Positions 30,400 through 43,770 of a DNA stretch of 64,000 nucleotides are shown piece by piece. Origin of the DNA: Prorocentrum cordatum (taxonomy: Eukaryota); the NCBI GenBank assembly GCA_963575745.1, contig CAUYUJ010000003.1:1426001-1490000 (forward strand), in the 5' to 3' direction. How positions within the stretch are numbered: the first letter of the stretch is position 1; each line of letters begins with the position of its first letter. Both the position numbers and the translations under genes were made by a program. The notes below the pieces were generated by a model that saw only the letters and a list, made by a program, of their open reading frames with translations, had not been told where the DNA came from and searched no databases.

Positions 30400-31920
30400 G
30401 AACGCGTGATTCAGCCTCACGGTGTACCAGTTCTGGCCCCAATAGCGCACGGTCAGTGATCGCTGAACTTAGATGAACTGCTGCACGCACAACATTGATG
30501 CCATCACCGACGAACATGGATCGCACAGGGTACACCTTCCCGAGGGAATGGAAAACATGGCGTCGAAATTTGGCGGACACAGGACCAGTGAGGCATAGCA
30601 TCAACTCGTTTTTTTTCCCCAATCTTCAGGTGAGGCACCAAGCCGACACACGCATACGAGTTAACAGCAATTCTGCAAAAATCCTCCAGACTCTCCTCGA
30701 TGACAGGCAGTGGCGCCAGCAATGCGCACAGAGAATTATCAGCATATACCATCCCTGGGAGCATGGCCTCTGCTCCTGTCGCGGGCACGTCGTCGAATAT
30801 AATTGCAGAGGGCACAGCAAATGAATAGGTGAGGCCAAGCTCCTTGAGCTCCCGAGCGATATTATTCGTAACTTCTGCTAGGATGAACAGAAACAGACAG
30901 AAACAGAGCGTCCCCAAACGGTGTCCCTGGCCTGGTTCCCCTAAACGTCACAGCGAGCCGAGTAGCTCCTGGGAGTTGAGACCACCCGAACCGATAAGCC
31001 TCTTCAGCCATGGCCTTAAAGTGATCATCAACATCCTGGGCACGTAGCGAAGGTAGCTCTTGCAAGCGCTGCGCCAGGAGAGGGAGGTAGGACGCTGGCA
31101 GGCCGGCTTGCCGCAACAATGAGGTAAGAGACTCAGGGGACACGTCTGTCTTGATAACCAACTCTCTGATCGCCATGTAGTTCGCACTCATGACATCAAC
31201 AAAAAGAAAGCATAAACACAGACCAGATTGAGTGTATCTTTGTAAGACACGTGTAGCCAACAATGCAAGCTGTGTACCTCGCCCAGGCACACCTGCATAC
31301 TGATGGGAGCCTACTGCAGACTGCATCGCCGGAATTAGCCTTCTTCTAAGACAGGAATGATTTTTTATACCAATATGAGACGCTACCATAATAGATCTGG
31401 ACGCGCTAGGTGTATATACTGATCCACGAGCTTTCGGGATACGTTGCAAATCGCCTCCTTTCCATTGCAGCGGCTCGGAAAGCATGAGACCTGTTTTCAC
31501 AATAAGCGGGTATGAATCAGCGCACGCGTGCACGCGCTTGCCGTGGAGGCCATCAGCCACACCTGCACTGCTTCCAGTAAGTCGCAGCTCTCTGTGAAAG
31601 TCCTGCAATGTGGGAACACATGCACGATTGCGAGCAACGACGTCGGCAGGCACGCGACGATCTTGAAACAAACTGCGAAAAGTGGCCGGCTCAATCTTGG
31701 CGGCCATTTCTTGCGCAGCAAAATGTTCAGGCCATAGCCCATTAGCCTCCTGCACAGACGCAGCGAGGCGACCATCTGGACCGTGAACAGCTGGGAGTAC
31801 CTTTGCTTGACGGTGCTTCTTTCCTGCAGCTCCCAGACGACGTAAAGCTGCAAACGCATCCCCGAACTGCCGAACTGACCAGAGATCCCCAATAGACTGC
31901 GCCACCTCCCAGGAGTGACT
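30400..31920 (-). pseudogene. Reverse transcriptase domain, frameshifted, catalytic YADD altered to YADN
   Basis: Split across ORFs 30862..31986, 30504..30917 and 28895..30622. Confidence 0.9.
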
Positions 31921-31978
31921 CCGGCGGGACACCGGCGGGACACCGGCGGGACACTGGCGGGACACCGGCGGGACACCG
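31921..31978. repeat. (ccggcgggaca)n 11-mer repeat at the 5' truncation point of the LINE
   Basis: About 5 copies directly visible. Confidence 0.9.
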
Positions 31979-32451
31979 CGCGCCACCGCTTGCTGGAGGG
32001 AGAATCATTTGGTCCGGCCGCGCCTCAGCCACAGGAGACTTACCTCTCGCCTGCCCACGCAGCTTCGCCTGGCCCGCACGCACGGCACGCGCGAACACGA
32101 AACCGAAACCGATTTCCCGGTGGGGGGCTCTCGGTTCCACTTCGATCTCACCCCCCAACCTCCGATACACATACGTATCCACTCTCACCTCTCCTCTCTC
32201 ATCTGCTTCCTCTTCTGATGCTCCTCCGTCGCTCCGCGCGATCCTGCGCCAATTCGAGATTGAGCTTGGGATAGGCCAGAGTTGGAGACCGTGGGGATGG
32301 GGTCCCTGCCCCTCGGGTGAGCTTTTGATGCCTGGGGATTCTGAGGGTGGCGGTCCCGGGGCGCCGTCCCGCGCTTCTCTCAGCTTCTGTGTGCGCAGAA
32401 CCCTTCGAGCTCGTGCCGCGCAAGCTTAGGGCCGTCGTCGTCGTCGTCGTT

Positions 32452-32490
<39 letters not shown>

Positions 32491-32599
32491 TTCGTCGTCT
32501 CAGCTTCTTATGGCTGGACACCTTTTTCTTCAGGGCGTGTGCCAAGCTTCGAGCGCAGAACCTTTCGGGGGGTCATGCCGACGCCCCGTGCCAGACTGA

Positions 32600-35030
32600 C
32601 CCACTGCTGATCACTGCTGCTACGGCTGTCCTGTGGTGATCACTATTGCGCACTGCTTTCTGACAGCTGCTCGGTGGTGCCAAGTGTTGTTCACTTGTGC
32701 TCGACGGTGCCCCTGCCCTCTTCCCACTCTTGCATGCTGGCCGATTCGCTTTTCGGTGCCCCCGTCTAGTCCTTTCGATGGTGCAGCTAACCCTGATACG
32801 CCGCCGACGGAAAATTGTGCGCGGCGGCGCCCGCGGCTGCTCAGTGTTGCGCAATGTTTGCCCTCCCTTCCCCGTTGCTCAGTACCGGTGATGGCTGCTG
32901 GCGGGTAGCCGCTGGTGCTCTGCGCGGGTTAGTGCTGCGCGGTGCTTGCCCAGTGCTTGCCCGCTCCCGTATCTTCTGCTGGCGCTTTCTGCTACTTTCT
33001 GCTGCTCCTACGGAGTGCTGCATGCCCACCGTGGGTCAGTGCCACGCAGTGCTGGTCAGTGTTGCGCACGGGTGATCATTGCTTCGCAACGGTGTTCATT
33101 GTTGATCTTTGCGCAAGCGCTGCCGGCCCACCGCGGACTCACTGATTGTTCACAGCCTGATCACGAGTGCTCACCCTTCTTTCACTGCAGATCAGTGCCT
33201 GGGCACTGGTGCTCAGTACTGTTCATCGGAACGAACTGACGGCTCGCTGGTGGCCAGTGCTGCCCGGTGGCAGTCATTGGTGTTCTTTGGTGTTCCCTGG
33301 TGCGCTGTGCCACGCACTGCTTGTGAGCGCAGTATAGTATATGGTCATTGCTATGCTAATGCATGACCAATGATTGCTGATTGCTGCGCGCTGATGTCCG
33401 ATGCCCAGTGGCGGTTCAGTTCTGCTCACTGCGTCGCACTGATTGACCATTGCGTACTGGCTGATTACGAGCCACAAGCTGATGGTGCTCACTTCTGACT
33501 ACTGCTGCCGAGCATTGCTCAAGGCGGGTTGCTGCTGAATGCTGTTGTCGTTCGTTGGCAGACCCCCTTGCAGAATCCATGTCCACCGTAGAAGGGATCA
33601 ATATGCATGTCCCCTTCCGACTGATCAGCGTGGGTGCCCCCCCCCCTCCACGATATGCGCCGCGTGCCCCCGCAGCAGCAAATTGCAGTGGTGACTCAGT
33701 TCCCAAGCAGTGGGCAAGCAGTGGGCAACCCGTAAGCAGCAGTGGTGAGCAGTGGGCAGCAGGGAACACCAGTGATCAACAATGAGAGAAAAGAGAGCAA
33801 ACGCCGGGAAACTAATGAGCAAGCACTGGGTAAGCAGCGGGCACCAGTGATCAGCAACGAACAGCATCCGGCACCAGTTGTGTAAACAGTGAGCAAGCAA
33901 TGCGAAACAAGTAAGTCCGACTGTCTGCGCGCCGATCGACCACTGCTGCTGACTGGTGGTTCGTTGCTGCTCACTGCCGGTGGCTGGTTGTCAATTCATC
34001 AAGTCCGCTAGTTGTCAATTCATCACTGCTGGCGGCTGGTTGTCACTTTGCTGCTCACTCACCCTTGTCAATGCGTGTTGCCCGCTGCTCGCTGGTTGCT
34101 CGCCGCTGCACAGCGCTGGTCGATGGTGTCCCAGTGTGATCATTATTCTTCTGATAGAAGCACACGCGCCAACCGTATACAACAACTGCAACAACACAAA
34201 CGGCATTACAAATCACAATCAATAATCAACACGCACGAACCAAACACTGGAAACCAGGCAAACAGAGCAACACATGCAAGCACACATGCTGTTTCATGGC
34301 GTTCTGTTTTGCTCGCTTGTGCTGTCTGCGGACCTACGCTTGCCCGCTGTACAGTGCTGATCGGTGGTGCAACTTGTTTGATGCCGTACGGTGGTCGCTG
34401 CTCAGTGATGGCCCGCCATTGCGCATGCTGATATGCCCACCACTCGTGCGCACTAGTTGTCTCTGCTGCTTGCTGGTGTTCTCTTCTTGTCGCTGGTTAA
34501 CCACCGCTGCCCGGTGATAACTAGTGCTGATCACTGCCTGCTCACAGCTACTCGTTACTACTCACTTGTGCCCAGTGATGGGCGCTCAGTGGTCTCCGCT
34601 GGTCAGTGTTTCTCAGTGCAGATGACTGGTGGCTCCTACTGCTCTCTGTGGTTTCATGCCGTACGCTGCATGACCGTTGCTGATTAACGCTACGCACTTC
34701 TGATCAGTTATGATCACGGATGTTCGTTGCTGCGCAGCGTCGCCCATTGTCGTTCATTGTCTTGTGTTGTCAGCCCACTGTTTTTTCATCAGTTGCCCAC
34801 TGCTGCCCATACCTTGCCAACTGCCAAGCGCGCGTGGCCACTACCGCTAGCGGCCTGCCTCACGCGTGCACATTTGCTGCTCGCACTTTGTTCGTTTCTG
34901 TCCAATGCTGGTAATAGGTTCCCATGGCGTACTGGCGCGCCCTGCTGCGCACTAATTACTATTGCTGCGCACTGCCAACAGGGCTTGCTCATTGGGTGCT
35001 CACTACTGCCAAGCGCTGCTGTGCTGACAA
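32600..35030. repeat. Highly degenerate cactgctg/tgatcact-type cryptic repeat with internal strand switches
   Basis: Recurring cactgc, tgatca, cagtg motifs; complementary bias at ~33670-33900. Confidence 0.55.
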
Positions 35031-35265
35031 ACCATCCCGGCACAGCAACCTAACAGCGATGTTTAGAAGCATGCATGGAAGCATTGCCCTTGAGATTCAT
35101 GTAGGAGTCCTGTTGTAGAATTCTGGTGTAATCGCAGTCGCAGTCGCAATCGCAATGGCATTTGCAGTGGCAACGGCAGTCGCAGTCGCAGCCTCAGCCT
35201 CAGCCTGCCTCAGCCTCAGCCTGCCTCAGCCTCAGCCTCAGCCTGCCTCAGCCTCAGCCTCTGCC

Positions 35266-35818
<553 letters not shown>

Positions 35819-36279
35819 ACATGCAGGCGCTGCAAGACGTGTCTGCATCAGTGTTTTCATCGCTCTGCAGTGTCTCCCTACTGCGTTGGTCTGTACCATC
35901 GTTTGCACAGCAGCAAAACTGCATGCAGGATGCAGACTGAGGCGCCCCGTATCTCATTACCCACTGAATTGTTTGCAAAGGAATCAGTGCTGCCCCATCA
36001 GCACCGACGCGTCCAGAAAAGCAACTGCTTCTCGCGGCGAGGGGGGGAGCCCCAGGGCGCCCCCCCCGTGACCGCTTCTCGCGGCGAGGGGGGGCGCCCC
36101 AGATATTTGCGGAGGTGGTCAGAACGCGCCCTGGCCAGAGCGCTCCCCCGTGACCGCTTCTCGCGGCGGGGGGGGCGCTCCAGAATCCAGAGAGGGAGAC
36201 ACAACGCGCCCCTCCAGGATGCCCCCCCGTGACCGCTGCTTGCGGCGGGGGGGCGCCCTGGAGGGGCGACGACGCCGAG

Positions 36280-36712
36280 AGTTGGCCGAGCATTCAAAAT
36301 CATGCCCAGGAATGGAATTCTAGGAATTCGAAGAGCACGAAGTGGCCCACAGTTGGCTCCGGGCATTCAAAATCATGTTCAGGAATGGAATTCTGGGAAC
36401 TCGAAGACCACGAAGTGGCCTACAGTTGGCTCCGAGCATTCAAAATCATGCCCAGGAATGCAGTTTGGGGAATTCAAAGACCACGAAGTGGCCTACAGTT
36501 GTCTCCGGGCATTCAAAATCATTTCCAGGAATGGAATTCTGGGAACTCGAGGACCACGAAGTGGCCTACAGTTGGCTCCGAGCATTCAAAATCATGCCCA
36601 GGAATGCAGTTTTGGGAATTCAAAGACCACGAAGTGGCCTACAGTTGGCTCCGGGCATTCAAAAACATGCCCAGGAATGGAGTTCTGGGACCTCGAAGAC
36701 AACGAAATGTGT
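36280..36712. repeat. 73-bp tandem minisatellite, about 6 copies, alternating A/B variants
   Basis: cattcaaaatcatg at 36291, 36364, 36437 and onward; ggaattctgggaactcga and gcagtttggggaattcaa variants alternate. Confidence 0.95.
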
Positions 36713-37466
36713 AACTGTTTGCTTAAAGCGACTTCCGCGGATTCTCCCCGGCACCCGTCCGGCATCTGCCCAGACCCCCCTGAGGAGTCATGATGTTTTC
36801 TTTTGAGACCATTAGAAACTTATCAGTCTTCGCTGTTAGGTAAAAATGGAACTTCCTGCTGTCCAGAGCTGCTCTCCGCTGCTGTGCACGGCTGGCCATT
36901 GGTGTTCATCGTGTACTCCTTGCTGTTCAAAGCTGCTCACTGCTGACCACTGATGCCAACGGCTCGCTGCCGAACCATTGCTTTGCAAGTCGGCGCTGAG
37001 GCAACGACGACGACGACGCCGGCGACGGTGACGGCGACGGCGATGACGGTGACGACGACAATCAGCACCACGACGCGGATCACGAGAAAAAACACATGAT
37101 GAGGAGCAGGAGCAGGGGGAGGACCGGCGAGAGGCTGGGCAGGCAAAGGTGGCGGCGGTGGGGGGCGAGATGGCGGGATGGTCTGGCGTTGAACCCAAGA
37201 GGAGGAGAATCCACGAACCCCGTTGCAGGGTGCAGCTGGGGGTGGTGATGGCGGTGGTACTGGTGTGACGTGGTGGGGGCAAGCAAGAGTCGGAATCGCT
37301 CCCTCGCCGTTTTTTTGTTGCCCCGCCCTTACAGGCATCACCGAAGGGCTCGATTCCAGAGCCCCCACAGCGGGACTCGAGCCCCGTCCCCCCCCCCCCC
37401 CCCCTTCAATCCCTCCACCCCCGCCTCGTCCTTTCTCTTACAGTGGAGGCCCGTGCCAAGAAATAC

Positions 37467-38047
37467 CCTGCCTGCCTCCAGGGTGCCTTGGGTTTCCTGG
37501 TCTTCGAGGGTTTTGCAGCGGAGAGCGTGGCGCTCCCACACCAGAAGTCAATGGACGCCCTGGGGTCTCAGGGTTGGGTTTCTTGTGGAAGGTTTCTTGT
37601 GGTCGGGCCCACTACAGGCGGCCCGGATTAGTAGGTCGACCTTGCCTGATCAAGGGTACCTCTGTGTCCTGTGCTTCGCGACCCATGCTTCGCACGTTCC
37701 TGGGGCGATGTGGCCCTCGAAAGGGTCTTGTGGCCTCTCGCGTGTCCTCTCCAATCAAGCCCGGCTGTGCTGTACTCCCTCTCCTCCTCCCCCTCGCTCC
37801 CCCCCCCCCTCCTCCCTTCACTCCCCTCGGGAGCCCCTGTGCCCCACGGCCGCCCCAAGACCGCCACCCCAGAGTTCCCCAGTCTCTCGGGCCTCTGCGG
37901 CAGGGGCCCGACCACAGGAAACCTTCCACGAGAAACCCCACCCTGAGACCCCAGGACGTCCACTTGCTTCTAGTGCAGGAGCGTCGCGCTCTCCACCGCA
38001 GAGCCATCGACACCCAAGAGACCCGGGGCACCCTGGAGGCAAGCAGG
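37467..38047. repeat. ~145-bp inverted repeat pair (37467-37610 and 37904-38047)
   Basis: cctgcctgcctccagggtgcc...ggtttcttgtggtcgggccc mirrored by gggcccgaccacaggaaacc...ggcaccctggaggcaagcagg. Confidence 0.85.
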
Positions 38048-41000
38048 AGGGGGGCGCTTTCTTTTGTTCGAGCGCGCGCGGCGTGTTCCTCGGGTGGTCT
38101 CCCCGAGGTCTCCGAGGGCGTGATGCTTTCGATCCGGGCGTTTTTGTTCCTCGATCTCGGCCTCCGGGTACCGTTGTCGGGCACAGGGGCATCAGACGTG
38201 GATCTGGGACGAAGAGCCACCCCCAGGGGAGAAGTCCGGACCTTGGGGGCCGCGGATGGTTAACAAAATCGGATCGGAGGATGTTTAGGTCATGCGCGTA
38301 TTTTGAATACGATCCTTGTCCAGTCGGATGCCCAGGGGGTCGCTGCATGCTCTGCGTTGCCGCACTGTTGAGCATGATCGATATGCTGACCCCGCAGCGC
38401 GTGTTGCTTGTCTTGCACTGGTCTTGGTATGTTGCGATTTGTTTTATAATCCAATATTCAATACAATTGGATCCAGCATTTTATGCAGAGCTCGCAGCCA
38501 GCGTCAAGAGCAACAGATGGCATACGTCTTGCGATGGAGATGTACCGCCTTGCGTTGTGCGAGCGTTAAGTGTCTCACTTCTATCCTGCGCATGCAGCTC
38601 GCAGACGGGGGGTCATTTGAAAGCGTTGCTTGTGGCGGCACCTGCAGCGTCCTATCTGCGCTGTCTTCGTGCGCCGATGTTGATCTTCCCGTAGCATCGA
38701 TGGTTCTGGCATTCGGCAACAAATTTGGGCCAATCCGTTTGGCGGCCAATTTTTCTGGGTGCCCAGTCCTGCTTCCATGCTTCCCATACTTGTGGCGTCC
38801 ATTGACCTGCCTGAGAGCAGACCCCACAATCATCTGCCTGCCAGCGTACCCGTCCGAGTTCGGTGGGTGGCCAGTCTGGTGATTTTTTGGCTGCGCTGCG
38901 CCAGTGGCCTTGGCACTCTTTGCTGGTGGCTGCACTTATAACCGTGCGGATACCACCTCTGGCAATGCTTGGGGAGTGTAGTCCACGCGTGCACGCGTTT
39001 TCCTGACGCGATAGGGTTGTGCTGTCAGCCATTGAGCGCGTTCCACTACTCGCAGAGTGCCCACTCGCAAAAGTCCGTCCAAATCACACATGCCTGCTTC
39101 GATGTAATATGCATCGTCGATCCCCTGCGGCGGATCCAGACCATCTGCGAGTAGTTACTGTGCGAGCAGTGGAACGCGACTGACCATGATGATTGCCAGC
39201 ACGTTGGGTGTAGCGAGTTGTGTATATGATCGTGCTCCGCTTCCATCTCCTGTTCCTCCCCTTAAACAAAAAACATCGAGAACACATACCAAGAACGGGC
39301 CCTGATAGCGCACATCCATATCATCCCCCCAGCACAGACATCACGACTATACACCGACAGCGTGTACCGATGTCAGGCACCAAGAACAGTCAAATATTCC
39401 AGAGACCGAGACGAGAGCAAGAACGGACATCAATCAACGACATCAATCGCAGATGCCCGTTACATAGATGAACTGCATACGTCAAGAACAGGCGTCAATA
39501 ACATGCAGCAACACGATACACCAACGATACATCGGACGAGCACGTATCAATCACATACATTAGCAAGGGCTATACATGAACGGCTGGCGGACAGCACAGA
39601 CACACATTGTCGGCACTGCAGGCGTAAGCCTGTCAGACACCAGAGGCAATGATCCAGTGCCGACGCCTTTTTTCGTACATCAGCACCAACCATCAGCATC
39701 ATGTACCAATATTGGGCGTCAAGAACACATATCAAGGACATGCATTCGTGATTACATTGAAGGGTCCACCCCCTGATACACTGAAACTCATTGGTGCGAC
39801 TCGTTCGAAGCAGCATGTGATACGTGTTCACTGCTGTGCTCACCTCTCGGCTGTCTCTCCCCTCTCTCCTTCCCCCTCGCCTGCGTTGTCTCCGTCCTAC
39901 TCTGTACTCGTGGAGCTTCCCTCATAGAGCCAGAGCGGGCGGACTCCGAGTCTCAGCTAAATGCTGGACACGTCCGTTGCTCCGAAGGTGTGAGTGCGAG
40001 TTTGCTTTTGGCGGGGCGCCGTCTTCCCCTGCCTCTTCCTCCCTCACCTCATCGTCCCTCTTCCTCTCGGTGTGCCTGCTGGTCTTTTCACGCGCCCGTT
40101 GGCTGGATCGCCTCAGGCAGTCCGCGCTTGCTCCCGGGCGCGGTCCTGGCGCGCGTCGAACACAGGACCGTGCCCTTGGGACGCCGCACGGTGCCGTGTG
40201 CGGTGTGCCCTGCAGTGATCCGCCACACGAGCGACGGGCGAAAACGGGGTCGGCTGCGCCGACCTCCGCGCGCAGGCCGGCCCGCGCGTCGGGCCGTGCG
40301 CCGGCGCCTCCGTTTTTCCACTGGTGGCGCGCCGTGCTCCGGCGGCCCGCGCAGGCCCGCGGCGTGAGGTTTCGTATGCCTTTGGGTCTCGTGCGTCGGG
40401 CGTCGTGGCGGTGCTGTGAGTCGTATGTGTGCCTCGTGTGCCTTCCTCCTCCTCCTCCTCCTCCTCCTCCTCCTGGTTATGCCCAGCGCCGCACAGGCGA
40501 ACTCGGTGGACAGTGTCTCCCTCTCTCTGTGGACAGTGTCTCTCTCTCTCTCTCTCTTTCGCGTGGGGTCTCTCTTTTCAGGGCGTCGTGAGAAGAGCTG
40601 CACGGTTTCGGGTGGCGCTTGCAGAACATGTGTTGGCTGCTCCTGCAAGGTCATGGCAAGTCCGTGCTCGCACTCTCCCTCGGCCTCATGTTTTTCTCCC
40701 GTACTCGTCCTCTCCACGGTCTTACCCTGCTCGCTCGTAGTGTCCCAGTGCACGCCTGTTTGGGGCCAGGATGCTCCCAAAACTCAAACGGCTCTCCTAG
40801 CCGCTCGTGGCCGAGCGGACTCGGTGTAGCTCCTCTCTAGCCAGGCCCTGCCCCCTTCGTCCTGCTCCTCTTATTCTGCCGACTCCTCCTGCTCCTCCTC
40901 CGCCTCCTCGCCCCTCCTCACCCTGCGCCCACCTGAGACGCCTGGCTTCCCTTGTGCCTACCCCAGACATCCAGCCGCTCCACTTTTTTTTGATGCGTGG

Positions 41001-41388
41001 GCCCCGAAGGGCTGGACCACTTCCCCGGGGCCGGCTTTTCGTCCTGAGTTGTTTTTTGTTACGCTCCCAAGGCTCCTTGAGGGCCCCCCTGAGGCTGAAA
41101 AGTGCCCCAATCCTGCCGTGAGCGTCGGCTCTCTGGGGCAGTTGCTCCTTCCAGGAGCTCGCTGCCTTCCCCACGAGCTGCTTCGGGCTCCGCCCTGCAG
41201 TTGCTGAGCCCTTGGCTGCCTCGGGATGCCTGCGGGCCCGTCGGTCCGCCCCCCCCCCCCCCCCCGAGGGCGGCCCTGACCCGAGCTCGCCTCTCGGCCT
41301 CTGCTCGCTCGCTCCCTCGCTCTGCTCTGGTGATGGGGGCCACAGACATGTGGAGGCCCTTTGTCTTCGACCCCTTGCTCCCAAACCT

Positions 41389-41549
41389 CAGGAGGGAAAG
41401 AAACACACGGACACAATTAATCGTCGACTCCCAGGAAAACATGCAAAAATATGGGAAGTGGTGGGGAAGACAAACCCAGAAAATATGGGAAAATATGGGG
41501 GATATTCTTATTTGTGTGTATTTATTTGTGTGTCCCAGTTTCCCTTTAA
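41389..41549. mobile_element. MITE-like dispersed repeat, second copy at 63685-63845
   Basis: aggagggaaa..gacacaattaatcg.cgactccc...atatgggaagtgg...atatgggaaaatatgggg...ttatttgtgtgtatttatttgtgtgtcc shared by both; this copy is flanked by a ~44-bp direct repeat (41346-41389, 41551-41595). Confidence 0.85.
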
Positions 41550-42705
41550 AACATGTGGAGGCCCTCTGTCTTCGACCCCCTTGCTCCCAAACCTCCCCCC
41601 CATTTCACAGTGGGGCTTCGGCCTCCCGCGGAGGCCCCGAGGGGGTTCCACTCCTGCTGCCCTCCTGCGCCTGTGCTGCCGGATGCCTGGGGCCAACTTT
41701 GGCACTGGGGCGGCGCGGCGTCCAGGGCTCCACCTTTTGGTCCACCCACGGTCCCTCTCTGAGATCCGACGCCGCAAAAAGCAGCTGCACCACCGCGAAC
41801 AGGGTCACCACCCGAGCCCCGGGCCCCGGCTGAAGCTGCGGCACTCCTCGAGCCGCCCCGCTCCGTGAGGACCCTCGTGCTCGGATAGCCCCTGGCGGCA
41901 TCGCCCTGCACGAAGACGTGCTCCAACGCCAGGAGCTCGAGCCCAGCCCAGAGCGCTGCAGGCCCGAGCGGCCCGGGTCCAGGGGAGCAGCTTTGTCTCA
42001 TGGCTGCTTCGGCCCGACAGGCCCCGCTCGGGCTGTTTCCCCTAAGTTCGGAGGTCGATAGACCTCTTACCCTGACACGTCGATTGGCGAATTGGCCGTT
42101 TTCGGTTCGCGAGAGGGCGTCGCGGCCGTCATTTTTGCAGGCCCAGGTCCGTCGGTTTCGGTCCTAGGCCGTTCTCACCAAAGGGAGGTTTACTGAAGGG
42201 AGGTTTGTCCACCGCCCATACGTTTCTTGGTTCGATCAGGCTCGGCCTCACTGAATACTCAGCGCGTTGCACTCCCCCTTCGGGCCCTCCCGTTCCGTGC
42301 CGCTCCTGCTCACCACCCACCAAACCACCCCAGCCCAACCCGAAGGCCTCAATTTGCCCTCCATCTCCAGTGGTGGGGGGGTCGGGGAACCTCGAGAAAA
42401 CCAGCGAGAAAACGCATATGGAACCCGTATCCCCCCCCGACTCGAAATTCGGGTTTGCGGGGTGGGTTGGGGTGGTCTGGTAGGTACTTTAGTAGTGAAT
42501 CTCATTGGTTTTAGGGTTTGAACACATGGTCGCAGCCACGCAGAGGGCGTGCGTAGCGACGCCCCAGGTGCTCGGTCTCCAGTGCTTCTACGTGGCGGCG
42601 CCCCCGCAGGCACGCAGAGGGCACGCGTGGCGACGGGGGCGTCGCCACGCAGAGCCTCCGAAAGACCAAACCTTTTGAAAACCAATTGTTTCCACTACGA
42701 AAGCA

Positions 42706-42885
42706 GTCCAGATTTCGTAATAAAGGGAGGCGGGTCTCATTTCGGGGGGGGTCTCTTCCAGGCTATCTTGGAGGGCCTGGGGGGGTCTGGGGACGATGTT
42801 TTGGAGGGTTCTCCCATGGGGGAGGTCTGAAGCGGCTTGTCTTGGAGGGTCCAGACCCCCCCCTTTTTAATTACGAAATCTGGAG
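42706..42885. mobile_element. MITE, ~180 bp
   Basis: TIR tccagatttcgtaat(t)aaa at both ends, TA on the right flank. Confidence 0.8.
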
Positions 42886-43244
42886 TAGTCACCTGCCGCC
42901 TCGGGCGCCCTCCCCGCCGCCACGCCATGGACCTCCGGGCCCCCCCCCCCCCCACCCGGGCATGGCGCCGCCCGCCGCAGGGCCGGGGGCGGGGACGCGC
43001 GGCCAGGCCGCCCAGAAACGGGCCCGAGGGTCCGCGGGAGTGCCACCAGGGGGCGGGGGAGTGGCGCGCCAGGACGTGCCGCAGGACGGCGAGGAGGAGG
43101 GCGAGGAGGAGGAGGGGGGGGGGAGGACAAGCTAGGTGCGCTCGCGTCAACATCTGGCATCCTGCCCCTCCCTCCCATCCCTTACCATGGCGCTGATTTT
43201 CTCTATCCGCGGGCGCGTGTCGTAGCGGACCTGTGGCTCCGCGC

Positions 43245-43495
43245 GCTTGTGCGTAGTGGGTGGTGGTGCGCGTGCGTGCGTGCGTGTGTGCGTGGTTGTG
43301 GTTGTTGTGGTGGTGGTTGTGTGTGTGTATGTGTGTGTGTGTGTGTGCGTGTGTGCGCGTGTGCTGTGGTGTGACGTGGTGTGGCGTCTTGGTGGTTTGG
43401 TGGTGGGCCAGGTGCGTACGTGCGTGATGGCGGTGGTGGTGGTGGCGGTGGTGGTATGTGTATGTGTGTGTGTGTGTCTCTGTGTGTGTGTGCGT

Positions 43496-43541
<46 letters not shown>

Positions 43542-43770
43542 GCGTGTGCGTGTGCGTGTGCGTGCGTGCGTGTGTGTCTGTGTGTGCGCGCGTGTGATGT
43601 GGTGTGACGCGGTGTAGCGTGGTGGTGGTGGGTGGGGTAGTGCGGTGGTGGTGGCGGTGCGCGGTGGTGGTGCGCGTGCGTGCGTGCGTGCGTTGGTGGG
43701 TGGAAGTGGCGGTGGGTGTGCGTGCGGCGGGGCGGGGCGTGGTGCGGCGCGGTGGTGGCGGGCGGATGGG
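43245..43770. repeat. (GT)n/(GGT)n/(GCGT)n compound microsatellite
   Basis: Directly visible. Confidence 0.93.

Larger units (their letters stand above)
27296..31920 (-). mobile_element. 5'-truncated LINE encoding RT, C2H2 zinc fingers, C5-DNMT-like domain and C-terminal tail
   Basis: RT motifs EPLQWKGGDLQRIPK, SRSIMVAS, QYAGVPGRGT, FLFVDVMSANY, GTRPGTP, VYADN; fingers FKCHVCDF..SLDAHIRADH and CQACLRVF..H; DNMT-like motifs; 3' tail (GAGTTCC)n at 27296-27316; no APE domain or ORF1 upstream. Confidence 0.92.

Noticed and set aside
37270..38694. 474-aa ORF
   Set aside because: Runs through inverted repeats and decayed repeats without coherent domains
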